This document shows positions 1-13,427 of a DNA stretch of 64,000 nucleotides, piece by piece. The notes beneath the pieces are model-generated. The model searched no databases, was not told the origin of the DNA, and was given only the letters and a program-made list of their open reading frames with translations. A program made the translations under genes and the position numbers. Numbering within the stretch: the stretch's first letter is position 1; each line of letters opens with the position of its first letter. Origin of the DNA: Eledone cirrhosa (lineage: Eukaryota); assembly GCA_964016885.1 (NCBI GenBank), contig OZ024750.1, positions 38,502,001-38,566,000 on the forward strand. The letters are read 5' to 3'.

Positions 1-8
1 TCATAGTC

Positions 9-1065
9 TACAAATGGCTGCGATAGCTGGCACCTTCAAAATATGCAAAACATTCTTGCGATTCAAGGGATGACAATTTCTTTTCTTTTACAACCTTGCC
101 ACCAGGAAAGTGGCCGGTCAAAAAAATATACTCGAAATTAAGAGAAAGAGAAAACATACATACAAAAAATGGACCAATTTACAGAGAAAGTTGTGCATGG
201 GTACCTGAAACGAAAAACACAGACCATAGAGGGGATAAATCATTCCAAAAGCCTGACATGGAGTTCCGACAAGTTTATGACATTCCACCTTGAAGGATAT
301 CTCTATGTTATACAGGAACAAGAAATCCCTATCACATAAAAGAGGAGGGCCATCAGTCGACAATAAATGTAGGCTTTGTAAAACAAAGATTAAAAATATT
401 AGCCTCATTGTTGCCAACTGCGAAATAATGTTGTCTCATTACTACCTCCCTATGAGACACGGTGTGATAGCTAGAACCATCTGGAGCGCCCTTAGGAAAA
501 CAAGGTTAAAAACAAATGAGGAGAAATATGTTGAGATAGATGGCACTAAAGAATACTGATGGAACTTGAAAATAAAAAAACTGCCACCAAATTAAAGCAC
601 AACCGTTGTTTGGAACCACACATTGAAAACGTGCTCTGTTGTAGAGATCAGCTGCCCACACTTGATGTCAACGTTGTAAGAAAAATACAAGAGAAGGAGG
701 ACATCTCCGGACCATTGATGAGGAGTTTGCAGATCCAGAATCCAAGGTACACCTTCAGCTTCATCCCCATCATTATAATAAAGTACCAGTAATACACTGG
801 GTAATTGCTGGCCTTGTGCCTAACGTAGAAACAATTATTGAAGATACAGGTTATATAATAACCCACTTGGACCAAAGTATAACTGAACTTGTGGACAAAG
901 AACGCAGCTCCCTAATTCATAGATTACAAATGGCTACGATAGCTGGCACCTTCAAAATTTACAAAACATTCTTGCGATTCAAGGGATGACAATTTCTTTG
1001 CTTTATAACCTTGCCACAAGGAAGGTGGCCGGTCAAAAATGTACGCGAAATTAAGAGAGAGAAAT
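9..1065 (+). mobile_element. Decayed 3' end of an RLE-type non-LTR retrotransposon (R4/Dong-like), preceded by a second copy of its 3' terminus
   Basis: Broken ORFs 290-559 and 559-792 show a zinc-knuckle remnant (CRLC...IVANC), an RH motif (YLPMRHGVIA) and an endonuclease-like tail (KEDISGPLMRSLQ...FIPIII). About 140 bp at 9-150 is repeated at 924-1065, followed by (TACA)n. Confidence 0.6.
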
Positions 1066-1480
1066 ACACACTCACACACATACATACATATATGCATACA
1101 TACATACACACATACATACACATACATACATTCACACATATATATATATATACATACACACATACATATGTACATATGCACATACACACACATACATATA
1201 TAAAAACCTACATACACACATACATATATAAAAACATACATACACACATACATACATATATATATAAATAGATAGACACATACATACATACATACATACA
1301 TACCTATACACATACATATATAAAAACCTACATACACACATATATATATAAAAACATACATACACACATACATATACAAAAACATACATACACACATACA
1401 TACATACATACATACATACATACATACATACATACATACATACATACATACATACATACATACACACATACACACATATA
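1064..1480. repeat. (TACA)n/(CA)n/(TA)n compound microsatellite
   Basis: Direct reading. Confidence 0.95.
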
Positions 1481-1979
1481 AGTTTTGCCTACTTTTTCCT
1501 AGAATGAAAAATATCTCGTGAATGCAAATGACTTCGCGAGATTTCACGTCATATCATATTTTTGTTATTATTTATTTTTATTGTTGTTGTGGTTGTTGTT
1601 GTTTTAGTACAGACGTTATTTTTCGGCTCGACGCCGAAAATAGTTGGTTGTTTAAAAAAATGTGAAATTGGCCGAGATAAATATTTGATAAAACCCCCCC
1701 AAAAAAACATAAAAAACAAAACACAACAAAAAAAGGAAAGTTGCCACAAGTAAAGGTTTTCTCGCTTTGTCTAATAAACATTTCGAATTTAAGCTATTAT
1801 GAAAAATAATTGCAAACGGTCAACTAGAAATATTTTTGGTTAGATGTTCTGACATGGAAATGTTTAACGGAGTCGACTACCAACAGATTCTATCCAAACG
1901 TGGTATTAAACTACTAGATACAATTGGTAAGAAGACATTTCATTATTTCATCGATATTTTTCTTCCATTTTAAAAAATC

Positions 1980-2200
1980 TGTTTGTGTGTGTGTCTGTGT
2001 GTGTGTGTGTGTCTGTGTGTGTCTGTGTGTCTGTGTGTGTGTGTCTGTGTGTGTGGGGAGTGGGGGAAATATGGAGGAGCACACACACACACACACACAC
2101 ATACACACATACACATACACACACACATACACACACACATACACACACAAACACATACACACACACATACATACACATACACACACACATACACACAAAC
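1980..2200. repeat. (GT)n then (CA)n microsatellites in inverted arrangement
   Basis: GT tract 1980-2055, short spacer, CA tract 2080-2200. Confidence 0.9.
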
Positions 2201-2360
2201 ATTTTCACCTCTGATAAATACTTTCATTTCAACCTTTATTTAAATATTCTTTGGTTGTAAATTTGAATTTCTACGACAGAAAAAATTCCTCAATCTTCTT
2301 CAGAAAATCTAAATTAAGCGTTTTTGTTTTCTGGAGTCAATTACAGGAAACTGTTTGGAT

Positions 2361-2595
2361 TAACCTTAACCTTAAACCCTAACCCTAACCTTAACCTTAT
2401 CCCTAACCCTAACCCTAACCCTAACCTTATCCCTAACCCTAACCCTAACCCTAACCCTAACCCTAACCCTAACCCTAACCCTAACCCTAACCTTATCCCT
2501 AACCCTAACCCTAACCCTAACCCTAACCCTAACCCTAACCCTAACCCTAACCCTAACCTTATCCCTAACCCTAACCCTAACCCTATCCCTAAACC
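2361..2595 (-). repeat. Interstitial telomeric-type (TTAGGG)n tract
   Basis: (CCCTAA)n with periodic CCTTAT variants. Confidence 0.9.
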
Positions 2596-3523
2596 TCACC
2601 TGGAATAAATTAGGATTATTTATAATTTATCATCGGGAGTTTATTCTGGAAAAACACCATTTTGGGGTTTTGTTTTGCTACGTTTTTTCATGTTAACCCT
2701 TTCGTTACCATATTTCTAATAACAGACATTATCTATGGTTTTCAAATAATTTTGAAAATAATCAAGAATTTGAAGGTATTTAGTAATATAACTAGCGTTT
2801 GGAACATAACTTAACAAAGGGTCTTACATAATATAATGGTAGAAAATATTTAGATAAATCTAAATACTTTAAATCAAATAGTTTTGTATCATACAACCAA
2901 GAGCGGTTTCAAGTTGTTTGGTATCGGCGGTGTTAAGGTATTTGTTAATATATCAAATTAGGGGCCATATCAACTCATAGCCCGATCCCTAAACTTTAGG
3001 ATATTTCGAGTCCCTTTTTGACATTTCAATATTTTACTCTACTATAGTGAAATGATAAAAAAATGACGACCCTTTAATCCCTGCTTCAGCCTAAACAACC
3101 TTATGATACAACCCTGGTGTATTCACAGACACTGAGAAATCAGAAAGAGGGCCCTTTAGTGCCGGTAATCTACACAATAAAAGCACTCAGTACACTCTGT
3201 AAAGTGGTTGGTGATAGGAAGGGCATCCAGCCATAGAAGGTGATAGAAGGGCATCCAGCTTGCCAAACAAGGGCTTGGGGCGACTTTTTAGTTGTGTCAA
3301 AAGACACGACAACTTCTCTGCAGTCGACCGAACATAAGCGAGATACAGATCTTTCGGCCTGTCTGGGAGGTCACTAGCCCCGCTTCAGTACTGACGTGAT
3401 CTATGTAGACCCATCCAACCCTTAATTATCAAGGAAAGCAGATGTTAAAACTATGATGATGTGTATGACAGATACCACGATCATATCAAAACTACTAGTG
3501 CCAGCAGGGAAATGGGACGTTAA

Positions 3524-3556
<33 letters not shown>

Positions 3557-3569
3557 TTGATGATGGTGG

Positions 3570-3610
<41 letters not shown>

Positions 3611-4900
3611 GTGTTCGTGATGATGATGGTGGTGTTGATCATCATCATCCTCATCATCACCGTTTAACATCCATTTTTCCACACTAGCATGAGTTAGATG
3701 AGTTGTCCTGTTGTGAGCAATGCCAGGTGAGGTGACCATGTCTTGCTCACATAGAACTGATTTTGGCTTGGTTTCTACATCTGGTTGCCCATCCTAGCGC
3801 CAACCTCATTTACAGTGAGTACTGGGTGCCTTTTTTTTGTGATACCTACACGACCACTTTACAGTGAGTACTGGGGTTTTTTTGTTGTGTCGCCATCACG
3901 TGGGCCTCATGAGAGATGTATGGGAGTGGGTGGTTGGGGTGAGGTGAGAGGGTGCTTGCTATTTATATGCTTCAGCTTCGGCTTGTACCCGTTGGAAGTC
4001 GAGTCTTCTGTATTGCTGCGTGACGCCAGAGGTCACTGTCGTGTGTCATCGCCCTTGAGAGGTGCAATTGGGCAAGGTCAGCTTTTATCATCTCATCCCA
4101 GGTCTTCTTGAGTCTCCCCACTCCACAGCTTCCATCGACTTTGAGTGTTCTGCACCTTTTTATGCAGCTGTCATCCTGCATACGCATAACATGTCCATAC
4201 CAACGCAATCTCCTCTCCTGCACACAGCATCTGATTCCTCTTATGTTCAGTCTCTCTCTCAATTCATTTACGCTTTGCATTCGCGCACATTACTATTACA
4301 CATCCATCGGAGCATGCAAGCTTCATTTCTTTCTAATCTGCGCAAGTCTTCTACACACAGGGTCCAGCTCTCACTACCATGTAACATTGCTGTTCGTATG
4401 CATGCATGAAACAGTCTGTCTTTCATTTTGATGGAAAAGCCTTTTGCAGCTAACAGTGGCAGTAGCTCCCTGAACTTCTTCCACCCCGTTCTTACCCTAG
4501 TTATTGTACTTTCCAAACACCCATCTCCACTGCTAATTTGGTCACCCAGGAAACAAGAGCTGCCTACTGTTTCTACAGAGCCCTCCCAGAGTTTGGAAGT
4601 GCTTGTTTCCTGTGGCCGTTTGCTGCTTACAGTCACAGTGCGACTGCTACATGTAAAGCCTACATTCTTAGCTAAACTTCCCGAGATCCCACTACATCTC
4701 TTGTGTACCCATTGTTTGCATTTGAGGCAGAGGATGGAATTTCTACCTACACCTTTTCACATACTGATCAAGGCCATTTCCCTGAGGGGATCAGGGTTCT
4801 GTTTTCTCTTCTACTTGCATGAACCTGTCAAGTTGACTTTAAGACCTCTTGCTTCTAATCCCTGCTTCCATGTTGGAATTTTTTCTCTTGTTCCACCATA
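3524..4900 (-). mobile_element. RTE-clade LINE, 5'-truncated and frameshifted, ending in an (ATG)n/(CAT)n tail
   Basis: Minus ORFs 4268-4636 (WKKFRELLPLL...AMLHGSESW) and 3972-4280 (RRLRWYGHVMRM) match the RTE ORF C-terminus. A 3'UTR follows at 3660-3960. Confidence 0.85.
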
Positions 4901-4906
4901 GATTCC

Positions 4907-5530
4907 TGGTGGTGGTGGTGGTGATGAATATGATGATGATAATGATGATGATGATGATGGTGGTGATGATGATGATGATAATGGTGGTGGTGATGGTGAT
5001 GGTGATGGTGGTGGTGGTGGTGGTGGTGGTGGTGGTGGTGGTGGTGATGGTGATGATGACTGTGATGATGATGATGATAATGATGATGGTGGTAGTGATA
5101 ATGATGATGATGGTGACGGTGGTGATGATGATGACGATGATGATGATGGTGACGGTGATGAAGATGCCACCACCACCACCACCACCACCAACCCCCATCA
5201 CCATCACTCAAACACCACCACTACACCACCACCACCACCACCACCATCCCCCATCACCATCACTCAAACACCACCACTACACCACCACCACCACCACCAC
5301 CACCATCCCCCATCAACATCACTCCCACCATCCCCACCAGTACCACCACCACTACACTACCACAACCACCGCTCACACCACCACCACCACCACCACCACC
5401 ACCACCACCACCACCACTCACACCACTACCACCACCACGACCACCACGACCACCACCACTCACACCACTACCACCACCACCACCACCACTACCACTCCCA
5501 CCGCCACCACCACCACCACCACCACCACCA
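4907..5530. repeat. (GAT/GGT)n then (CAC)n trinucleotide tracts
   Basis: Direct reading. Confidence 0.95.
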
Positions 5531-5692
5531 TATATATATATGAGTGGGTAAGGGTTAACGGGTTCTCTTCCCAATCATTATATCGTAAGTTCGATCCCAG
5601 TAGGTCACCATAACCTCGGATCAACCCAAGATTATGAGCGAAATTTGGTTGACAAACTGTATAGAAGCCTGTAGGATATGATGTGTGTGTGT

Positions 5693-7032
5693 GACAGCTC
5701 ACACCTATGCAGGTTTAGCTGGCCTCCACCAAGGTATATCTCGTTGGAGGTGTCTAGGGTGATTTAATGATAGGGACCCCAGTCCTATCATCATTTCTAC
5801 AGCCGGATGCCCTTCCTAACACCAACCTCATTTACAGTGAGTGCTGGGTGCTTTTTTGCCGTGGCGCCTCCATGTCCACTTTACAGTGTGGGCTGGGTGC
5901 TTTTTTGCCGTGGCACCTCCATGTCCACTTTACAGTGTGGGCTGGGTGCTTTTTTGCCGTGGCGCCTACATGTCCACTTTACAGTGTGGGCTGGGTGCTT
6001 TTTTGCCGTGGCGCCTCCATGTCCACTTTACAGTGTGGGCTGGGTGCTTTTTTGCCGTGGCACCTCCATGTCCACTTTACAGTGTGGGCTGGGTGCTTTT
6101 TTGCCGTGGCACCTCCATGTCCACTTTACAGTGTGGGCTGGGTGCTTTTTTGCCGTGGCGCCTACATGTCCACTTTACAGTGTGGGCTGGGTGCTTTTTT
6201 GCCGTGGCGCCTACATGTCCACTTTACAGTGTGGGCTGGGTGCTTTTTTGCCGTGGCGCCTACATGTCCACTTTACAGTGTGGGCTGGGTGCTTTTTTGT
6301 CGTGGCGCCTACATGTCCACTTTACAGTGTGGGCTGGGTGTTTTTTTGCCGTGGCGCCTACATGTCCACTTTACAGTGTGGGCTGGTGCTTTTTTGCCGT
6401 GGCGCCTACATGTCCACTTTACAGTGTGGGCTGGGTGCTTTTTTGCCGTGGCGCCTACATGTCCACTTTACAGTGTGGGCTGGGTGCTTTTTTGCCGTGG
6501 CGCCTACATGTCCACTTTACAGTGTGGGCTGGGTGCTTTTTTGCCGTGGCGCCTACATGTCCACTTTACAGTGTGGGCTGGGTGCTTTTTTGTCGTGGCG
6601 CCTACATGTCCACTTTACAGTGTGGGCTGGGTGCTTTTTTGCCGTGGCGCCTACATGTCCACTTTACAGTGAGTGCTGGGTGCTTTTTTGCCGTGGCGCC
6701 TACATGTCCACTTTACAGTGTGGGCTGGGTGCTTTTTTGCCGTGGCGCCTACATGTCCACTTTACAGTGTGGGCTGGGTGCTTTTTTGCACTTTGCACTT
6801 TGCAGTGGAATGATAGGGACTGGGGTCCCTATCATTCCACTGCAAAGTGGTCTGGAGGGGCCACGGCAAAAAAGCACCCAGCCCACACTGTAAATGAGGT
6901 TGGTGTTAGGAAGGGAATCCGGCTGTAGAAATGATGATAGGACTGGGGTCCCTATCATTAAATCACCCTAGACACCTCCAACGAGATATACCTTGGTGGA
7001 GGCCAGCTAAACCTGCATAGGTGTGAGCTGTC
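5693..7032. repeat. About 175-bp inverted repeat enclosing about 19 copies of a 49-bp minisatellite
   Basis: Arm 5693-~5865 is the reverse complement of ~6860-7032. The unit is tttacagtgtgggctgggtgcttttttgccgtggcgcctacatgtccac, at 5831-6790. Confidence 0.9.
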
Positions 7033-7055
7033 TGGGGTCCCTATCATCTCATTTC

Positions 7056-7192
7056 TACAGCTGAGTAAACTGGAGCAATGTGAAATAAAGTGTCTTGCTC
7101 AAGGAAACAACACATCACCCGGTCTGAGAATTGAACTCACAACCTTTCGATTGCAAGCCCTATGTTCTAACCACTAAGCCATGCGCCTTCAC
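7056..7192 (-). mobile_element. tRNA-derived SINE fragment
   Basis: The reverse strand reads tggcttagtggttagaacatagggcttgcaatcgaaaggttgtgagttcaattc (A/B-box-like), then ttgagcaagacactttatttcacattgctccag. Confidence 0.7.
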
Positions 7193-7353
7193 AATGATGT
7201 CCCTGTTATTGAAAGGGCCAACCTTCTCACACCCTGTGCCGCATAGACTCTCTCTGAGAATTATGTTCACTACACGTGTCTGTGGGAGACTGAGCTACTT
7301 AAACGTTAATTTCATGAGCAGGATGTTCTGTTGATCAAACAACTGGAACGAAC

Positions 7354-7594
7354 GTGTGTGTGTGTGCGAGAGGGCCATCGTGTGAGTGTGTGTATGAGAG
7401 AGAAGGCTATAGCGTGTGTATGTATGTGTGTATGTATGTGTGTATGTATGTGTGTGTGTATATGTGTGTATGTATATGTCTGTATGTGTATGTAAGTGCG
7501 TATGTGTATATGTGTGTATATGTGTGTATATGTATCTATGTGTATATGTATGTGTGTGTATGTATATATGTGTATATGTGTGTATATGTATGTA

Positions 7595-7625
<31 letters not shown>

Positions 7626-8030
7626 ATGTATGTGTGTATGTGTATGTATGTGTGTATGTGTGTGTGTGTATATGTGTATATGTATGTATGTATGTGCATA
7701 TGTATGTATGTATGTGTATGTATGTATGAGTATATGTATGTATGTGTGTATGTGTATGTATGTGTGTGTGTATATGTGTGTATGTATGTGTGTGTATGTA
7801 TGTGTATATGTGTGTATGTGTGTGTATATGTATATATATATATATGTATGTATGTGTATATGTGTGTATATGTATGTATGTATGTATGTATGTATATGTG
7901 TGTGTGTGTGCATGCATGTATGTATGTGTATATGTGTGTATGTATGTATGTATGTGTAAATGTGTGTATGTATATGTATGTATGTATGTGTGTATGTATG
8001 TATGTATGTATGTGTGTGTGTATGTGTATG
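7354..8030. repeat. (GT)/(GTAT)n compound microsatellite
   Basis: Direct reading. Confidence 0.95.
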
Positions 8031-8076
8031 TCTTAATTCTAACCTTCTCTTGTTATCGTCTGCTACAATTCTTCAG

Positions 8077-8378
8077 GAAGAGGGAGTTACTCAAAGGTGA
8101 AGCTTGGTCACATTTCTAAGAACGACAGAAGTCAAGTCGCAGTAAAAATAATTAATTTAATGAAAGCTCCTGATGATTTTAAAGAAAGTTTCCTTCCCCG
8201 TGAGCTGGAGAATTGGCCCTCGCTCGACCATCGGCACGTTATAAAATTCTACGAGGCTTTTCAAATCGACCAAACCTTGTTTATGATCATCGAGTTTGCT
8301 CCTCGAGGAGATATGCTGAAATACATCCAAACTAACGGATGCCTACCTGAGAAAAGAAGGAGATTGCTAATGACCCAG
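8077..8378 (+). CDS. TSSK: TSSK-like Ser/Thr kinase gene A, exon 2 (subdomains I-V); exon 1 not found in the window
   Basis: Acceptor ttcttcag|, phase 1; donor CAG|gtaac; 302 bp. Translates (G)[40 protein letters not shown]; FLPREL is typical of TSSKs. Confidence 0.9.
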
Positions 8379-8532
8379 GTAACAACAATTCTTTAAGCTT
8401 CTGATTTAGGGCACAAGGCCAGAAAATTGTAGAGGAGGTGGTGGGCGGCGAGGGCAGGAGGTTGGGGGTGGGGTAGTCGATTAAATCGACTTCAGTGTAT
8501 GACTGGTACTTTATATTATTGACCCTGTAGAA

Positions 8533-8554
8533 ATGTGTGTATGTCTGTATGCGT

Positions 8555-8600
<46 letters not shown>

Positions 8601-9016
8601 ATGTGTGTCTGTGTGCGTATCTGTGTATGCGTGTGTGTGTGTGTATGTGTGTATATATGTGTGTGTGTGTGTGTATGTGTGTGTGTATGTGTATGTGTGT
8701 ATATATGTGTGTATATGTATATATGTATATTTGTATATAAGTGTATGTATGTGTATATATGTGTATATATGTGTATATATGTGTATATGTGTATATATGT
8801 GTATATGTGTATATATGTGTGTATATGTGTATATATGGTATATAGTGTATATATGTGTGTATGTGTATATATATATATGTATATATGTATATATGTGTAT
8901 ATATGTATATATGTCTGTATATGTGTATATATGTATATATGTGTATATATGTATATATGTGTATATATGTATATATATATGTGTATATATGTGTATATAT
9001 GTGTATATATGTATAT

Positions 9017-9052
<36 letters not shown>

Positions 9053-9295
9053 GTATATATGTATATATGTGTATATATGTATATATGTCTGTATATGTGT
9101 ATATATGTATATATGTGTATATATGTATATATGTGTGTATATGTATATATATATATGTGTATATATGTGTATATATGTATATATATGTGTGTTTATATAT
9201 ATATGTGTATATATCTGTGTATATATATGTGTGTATATATGTATATATATGTGTGTATATATGTAGATATGTGTGTATATATGTGTATATATGTT
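8533..9295. repeat. (GT)/(TA)-rich compound microsatellite
   Basis: Direct reading. Confidence 0.95.
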
Positions 9296-9374
9296 GTGTT
9301 TAGCATATCTAAAAGGAGGAGATATTTCAGTCGGTGCAGTGATGTGTAAAATGGGATTGGATCTAATTAGGGAG

Positions 9375-9620
9375 GCGGGTAGCCCAGTGGTAAGGGGGGG
9401 GGTTACCATTGTAAAGTCGTGGGTTACATTCCTGGGCTGGTGCATTGTGTTCTTGGGCAAAACACTTTATTTCACGTTGTTCCGGTATACTCAGCTGAAA
9501 ATGAGTACCAGCAGTAACTGGTCGTTTATCCCTGCGATGGACTGGCGTCCTGTCCAGGGGAGTGTCTTCAACTCTCAGTCATTGATTGCCGACCTGATGA
9601 GTCTCCGAGCAAGAGAGGGA
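9375..9620 (+). mobile_element. tRNA-derived SINE with conserved central domain
   Basis: Head gtcgtgggttacattcctggg; body ttgtgttcttgggcaaaacactttatttcacg...cctgcgatggactggcgtcctgtccagggg. A paralogous copy lies at ~33250-33480. Confidence 0.65.
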
Positions 9621-10347
9621 GGGACAAACCTTTTTCGAGCAGTGGGCGTCGGAAAGAGTTCTGCATGATACGGTCACCTGACCCAACCTGCCGCAAATGG
9701 GACAGCCGTCTAACCCATGCTAGTGTGGAAGATAGACGTTAAACGGCGATGATGATGATGATGATGATGATGATGGGCCGCATAGGATGTGAATTTTCAT
9801 AAGGCGGACCGCACTACTAAAAAATTGAAGGCAATTTTCAAATTAAGCGTGCCATTGAGAAAACCAATCTCGCCGCAGTTTGGTTCTGACTGGTTTAGAC
9901 TTTAGATTAGATCTACCCCCAGGGATCACTTTAAGGGTATTTTACCCAGTTTCCTAACGTTATTATCAACTTTGCCTTTCATCCTTACAGGGTCGATAAA
10001 ATAAAGTACCAGTAATACACTGGGATAATTGCTGGCCTTGTGCCAAAAGTAGAAACAATTATATATAACTGTTTCTACTTTTGGCACAAGGCCTGCAATT
10101 ACCCAGTGCATTACTGGTACTTTATTATCATTTATAACGATTCTATGTTTGGATTTTTTAAGTTGACATCTAAATTGTGTTTCGATCAAAACACTTGATG
10201 ACGACTGGAGGTGAAATTTATCGAATCGTATCGAACATGTAAATACTGTCATTGATGATGCTACCTGAGGTTACTTTATTGGTGGTTTGTTCTTGTTGTT
10301 TTTTTCTTGTACGTAGAAAGAGAATTAGAAATCAATGAAATGATATA

Positions 10348-10546
10348 CACTGAAATTCCGTTATAACGAAATTCAGGGGGTATAAAAAAAATTCGTTGTA
10401 ACAAAAAATTCTTTATAACCAGATCCACCAAAACAAATCGAGCGTTTGTTTGTTATTACATTGGGGATTGAAAAAAAATCGTTATACCGAAAAATTCGTT
10501 ATAATGGTATTCGTTAATGGTATTCGTTATAACGGAATTTTAGCTG
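10348..10546. mobile_element. Tc1/mariner-type MITE
   Basis: Imperfect TIRs cactgaaattccgttataacgaa / ttcgttataacggaattttagctg, flanked by TA on both sides. Confidence 0.65.
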
Positions 10547-10605
10547 TATATTAGTTTGACTTATTGTTGAAATGATGTAGTAATGTTGTTATGTTTGATT
10601 TCCAG

Positions 10606-11082
10606 CTGTGCAATGGTGTTAAATATCTCCACGATCGAGATATAAGTCATCGAGACCTCAAACTTGAAAACCTTTTACTTGACGAAACGAATTCAATAAA
10701 AATTACCGATTTCGGTTTTTCGAAGAAAGTGTCTGGAAAGCATCTGAGTCATACATACTGTGGTTCCAAGTCATATGCCGCTCCAGAAATTTTGACCGGT
10801 TGTCCATATAACCCGTTTAAATCAGATGTCTGGGCCATTGGTATTATTCTTTATATCATGAGCACAGGAAAATTCCCATTCGACAAAAAGAAAGACATAA
10901 AGAAAATTATAGACGACTACAGAAAGCTACAAATATTTTGGGATCGTTATCCTATTGAAAACGACTGCAAAGAAGCCGTACAGAAACTTCTAGTGTTCCG
11001 TTTTGAAGACAGACCATCGATTGATGATGTCTTTAAGATAAAATGGTTTATTACAGAAGAAAGCATTTCGAAGAGCACCTGA
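10606..11082 (+). CDS. TSSK: TSSK-like kinase gene A, exon 3 (catalytic C-lobe)
   Basis: Acceptor tttccag|CTG, phase 0. Contains HRDLKLENLLL, KITDFGF, LSHTYCGSKSYAAPE and SDVWAIG; ends at TGA 11080-11082. Confidence 0.92.
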   Translation: MCNGVKYLHDRDISHRDLKLENLLLDETNSIKITDFGFSKKVSGKHLSHTYCGSKSYAAPEILTGCPYNPFKSDVWAIGIILYIMSTGKFPFDKKKDIKKIIDDYRKLQIFWDRYPIENDCKEAVQKLLVFRFEDRPSIDDVFKIKWFITEESISKST

Positions 11083-11879
11083 CAGTTAATGATTCCTTAC
11101 AATTTTTCCACAACTTCGATTTCTTTCCCTATATCACATTTGATATATTTCCATGTATAGTACATGTGAAGTAAGTATTATGCTGCTCAGAGATACAAAC
11201 CGCCAAACACAACCAACGTTGGATACAATCCTTGTCTTATTTTTCAATTATTTCAACGAGTTTCTCTTCTTTTTAACTAATTTTCATTTAATTATTGACT
11301 TTACTCTTATTGTTATCAACATTTTTTTGTATTATATGTTTATTAAGGAATGGAAAGGAACCGATCATCAGATCAAACCAAGGAAACAATATTTCCATTG
11401 GTTTATACATTGCTGATACTATCTGTCGGAAAACAAAGAGCCTGATCAGATACCACAAAGCCTCCCGTTAGACTTTTTAACAATTTCACCAATCCACCAC
11501 TACTATAATTATCGACCCCGGAAGGACGAAAGGCAAAGTTGACATGGGCGAGATTTGACCTCAGATCGCAGAGAGCTGGAACAAATATCGATACTCTAAC
11601 AACACTACCAATTAACCGAGTTTATTAAAATACAATGAGTGTTAATTTAAAATAAGATGACCCTCTGTATTTCCTCGTGACATAGAATATTGATTTCTAA
11701 TTCAGACATAAAACCAGCAAATTGTGGGAAGGGAAAAGATAATTAAACCAAGATTTAAACTCAGAATGTAAATGGCCAGAAGAAATCCCGCTTCTCATAG
11801 ACTTTTCTCACCCACCCACCCTAAATGATTGGCCTTATCGTTAAAATCAGAAACCCTTATTATTATTACATGGTATATA

Positions 11880-12100
11880 GGGCGGTGGATTGGTAGAATC
11901 GGTAGAGAGTCGGAGACCATGCTTTGCATCATAGAGTTACGGCCCTTTATGGTCTGAGTTCAAATCTTGCCGAGATTAACTTTGCCTTTCATCCTTACGG
12001 GTCGATAAAATAAAGTACTAGTCACGCACTGGGGTCGATTTAATCAACTTTCTCTTCCCCCAAAATTTCTGGCCTTAAGCCTATATACGAAATCATTATT
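11880..12100 (+). mobile_element. Abundant tRNA-derived SINE (representative copy)
   Basis: B-box gagttcaaatc, then ttaactttgcctttcatccttacgggtcgataaaataaagtac. Other copies lie near 9965, 11510(-), 17335(-), 19635, 20560(-), 32170(-), 32577, 33027, 34320(-), 34650, 34990, 35195 and 43500(-). Confidence 0.85.
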
Positions 12101-12624
12101 ATTACATGGTATTGATGTTGTGGCCACTATGCTTACACTTCCTGTCGTGACGCACCACGTGATCTAGGATGGGAAGCAATTGTTGTCCTTTCACCTATTA
12201 AGGTTCTTTCATGCTGTTCGTAACTGTGTTTATTTTGCGCCAAGGACTTTCCAGATAATTCTTGTTGATCAAATTAAACAACCATTTTGGGCCGCATTAA
12301 TTTCCAGGTTAGAATATAACTTTTCAGAGTATCACCATCATCATCATCATCATCACTATCATTATCATCATTATCGTCGTCGTCGTCATCATCATCATCA
12401 TCGTCATCATTTTGTTTTCGTTTGGTTAGGCTTTGACCGTGTACTGCTAAAAATCAGAGTTCCATTCCTACTTTTCTAAAATCCAGAGCTTGTGCACCAG
12501 TCTTAACTTCCACTCTGTGTAGGCTATGGAGATATTTTTCTTACCATCTTATTCACTAGTAAATTTTAGAGTTGCATTTTGCTTACTTTTTGTACCTGCT
12601 TTGTTATTTTGTCATTATCTAAAG

Positions 12625-13427
12625 CAGCGGTCTCTAGCCGGTGGTCCGTGGACCACGGGACCACCGACTGGAGAGAAAATTTTGGTGGTCTGCAGAAAAA
12701 TTTGAATGTATTTAACATTTAAAAAAACTTCATATTAGTGGTCCACGGGATTTAAAATTATGAATTTAGTGGTCCGTGAAGTCGGAAAGATTGGCGACCA
12801 CTGATTAGTGGTCCGTGAGGTTGGAAAAATTGGCGACCACTGATTAGTGGTCCATGAGGTCGGAAAGATTGGCGACCACTGATTAGTGGTCCATGAGGTC
12901 GGAAAGATTGGCGACCACTGATTAATGGTCCATGAGGTCGGAAAGATTGGCGACCACTGATTAGTGGTCCATGAGGTCGGAAAGATTGGCGACCACTGAT
13001 TAGTGGTCCATGAGGTCGGAAAGATTGGCGACCACTGATTAGTGGTCCGTGAGGTCGGAAAGATTGGCGACCACTGATTAATTGTCCATGAGGTTGGAAA
13101 GATTGGCGACCACTGATTAGTGGTCCATGAGGTCGGAAAGATTGGCGACCACTGATTAGTGGTCCATGAGGTCGGAAAGATTGGCGACCACTGATTAGTG
13201 GTCCGTGAGGTCGGAAAGATTGGCGACCACTGATTAATGGTCCATGAGGTCGGAAAGATTGGCGACCACTGATTAGTGGTCCATGAGGTCGGAAAGATTG
13301 GCGACCACTGATTAGTGGTCCATGAGGTCGGAAAGATTGGCGACCACTGATTAGTGGTCCATGAGGTCGGAAAGATTGGCGACCACTGATTAGTGGTCCG
13401 TGAGGTCGGAAAGATTGACGACCGCTG
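12625..13427 (+). mobile_element. hAT-type non-autonomous DNA transposon with a tandemly amplified 39-bp terminus
   Basis: Termini CAGCGGTC...GACCGCTG; 8-bp TSD atctaaag at 12617-12624 and 13428-13435. About 17 copies of gattggcgaccactgattagtggtccatgaggtcggaaa. Confidence 0.85.

Noticed and set aside
5767-6928. Three overlapping 300-370 aa ORFs
   Set aside because: The 49-bp minisatellite lacks stop codons.
9590-9620. CTGATGA motif as a hammerhead
   Set aside because: No GAAA, stem III or stem I; it is part of a SINE body. The CTGATGA at ~8170 (coding) and ~17648 also fail.
11880-11975. tRNA genes at SINE heads
   Set aside because: No complete cloverleaf, and always fused to the SINE body.
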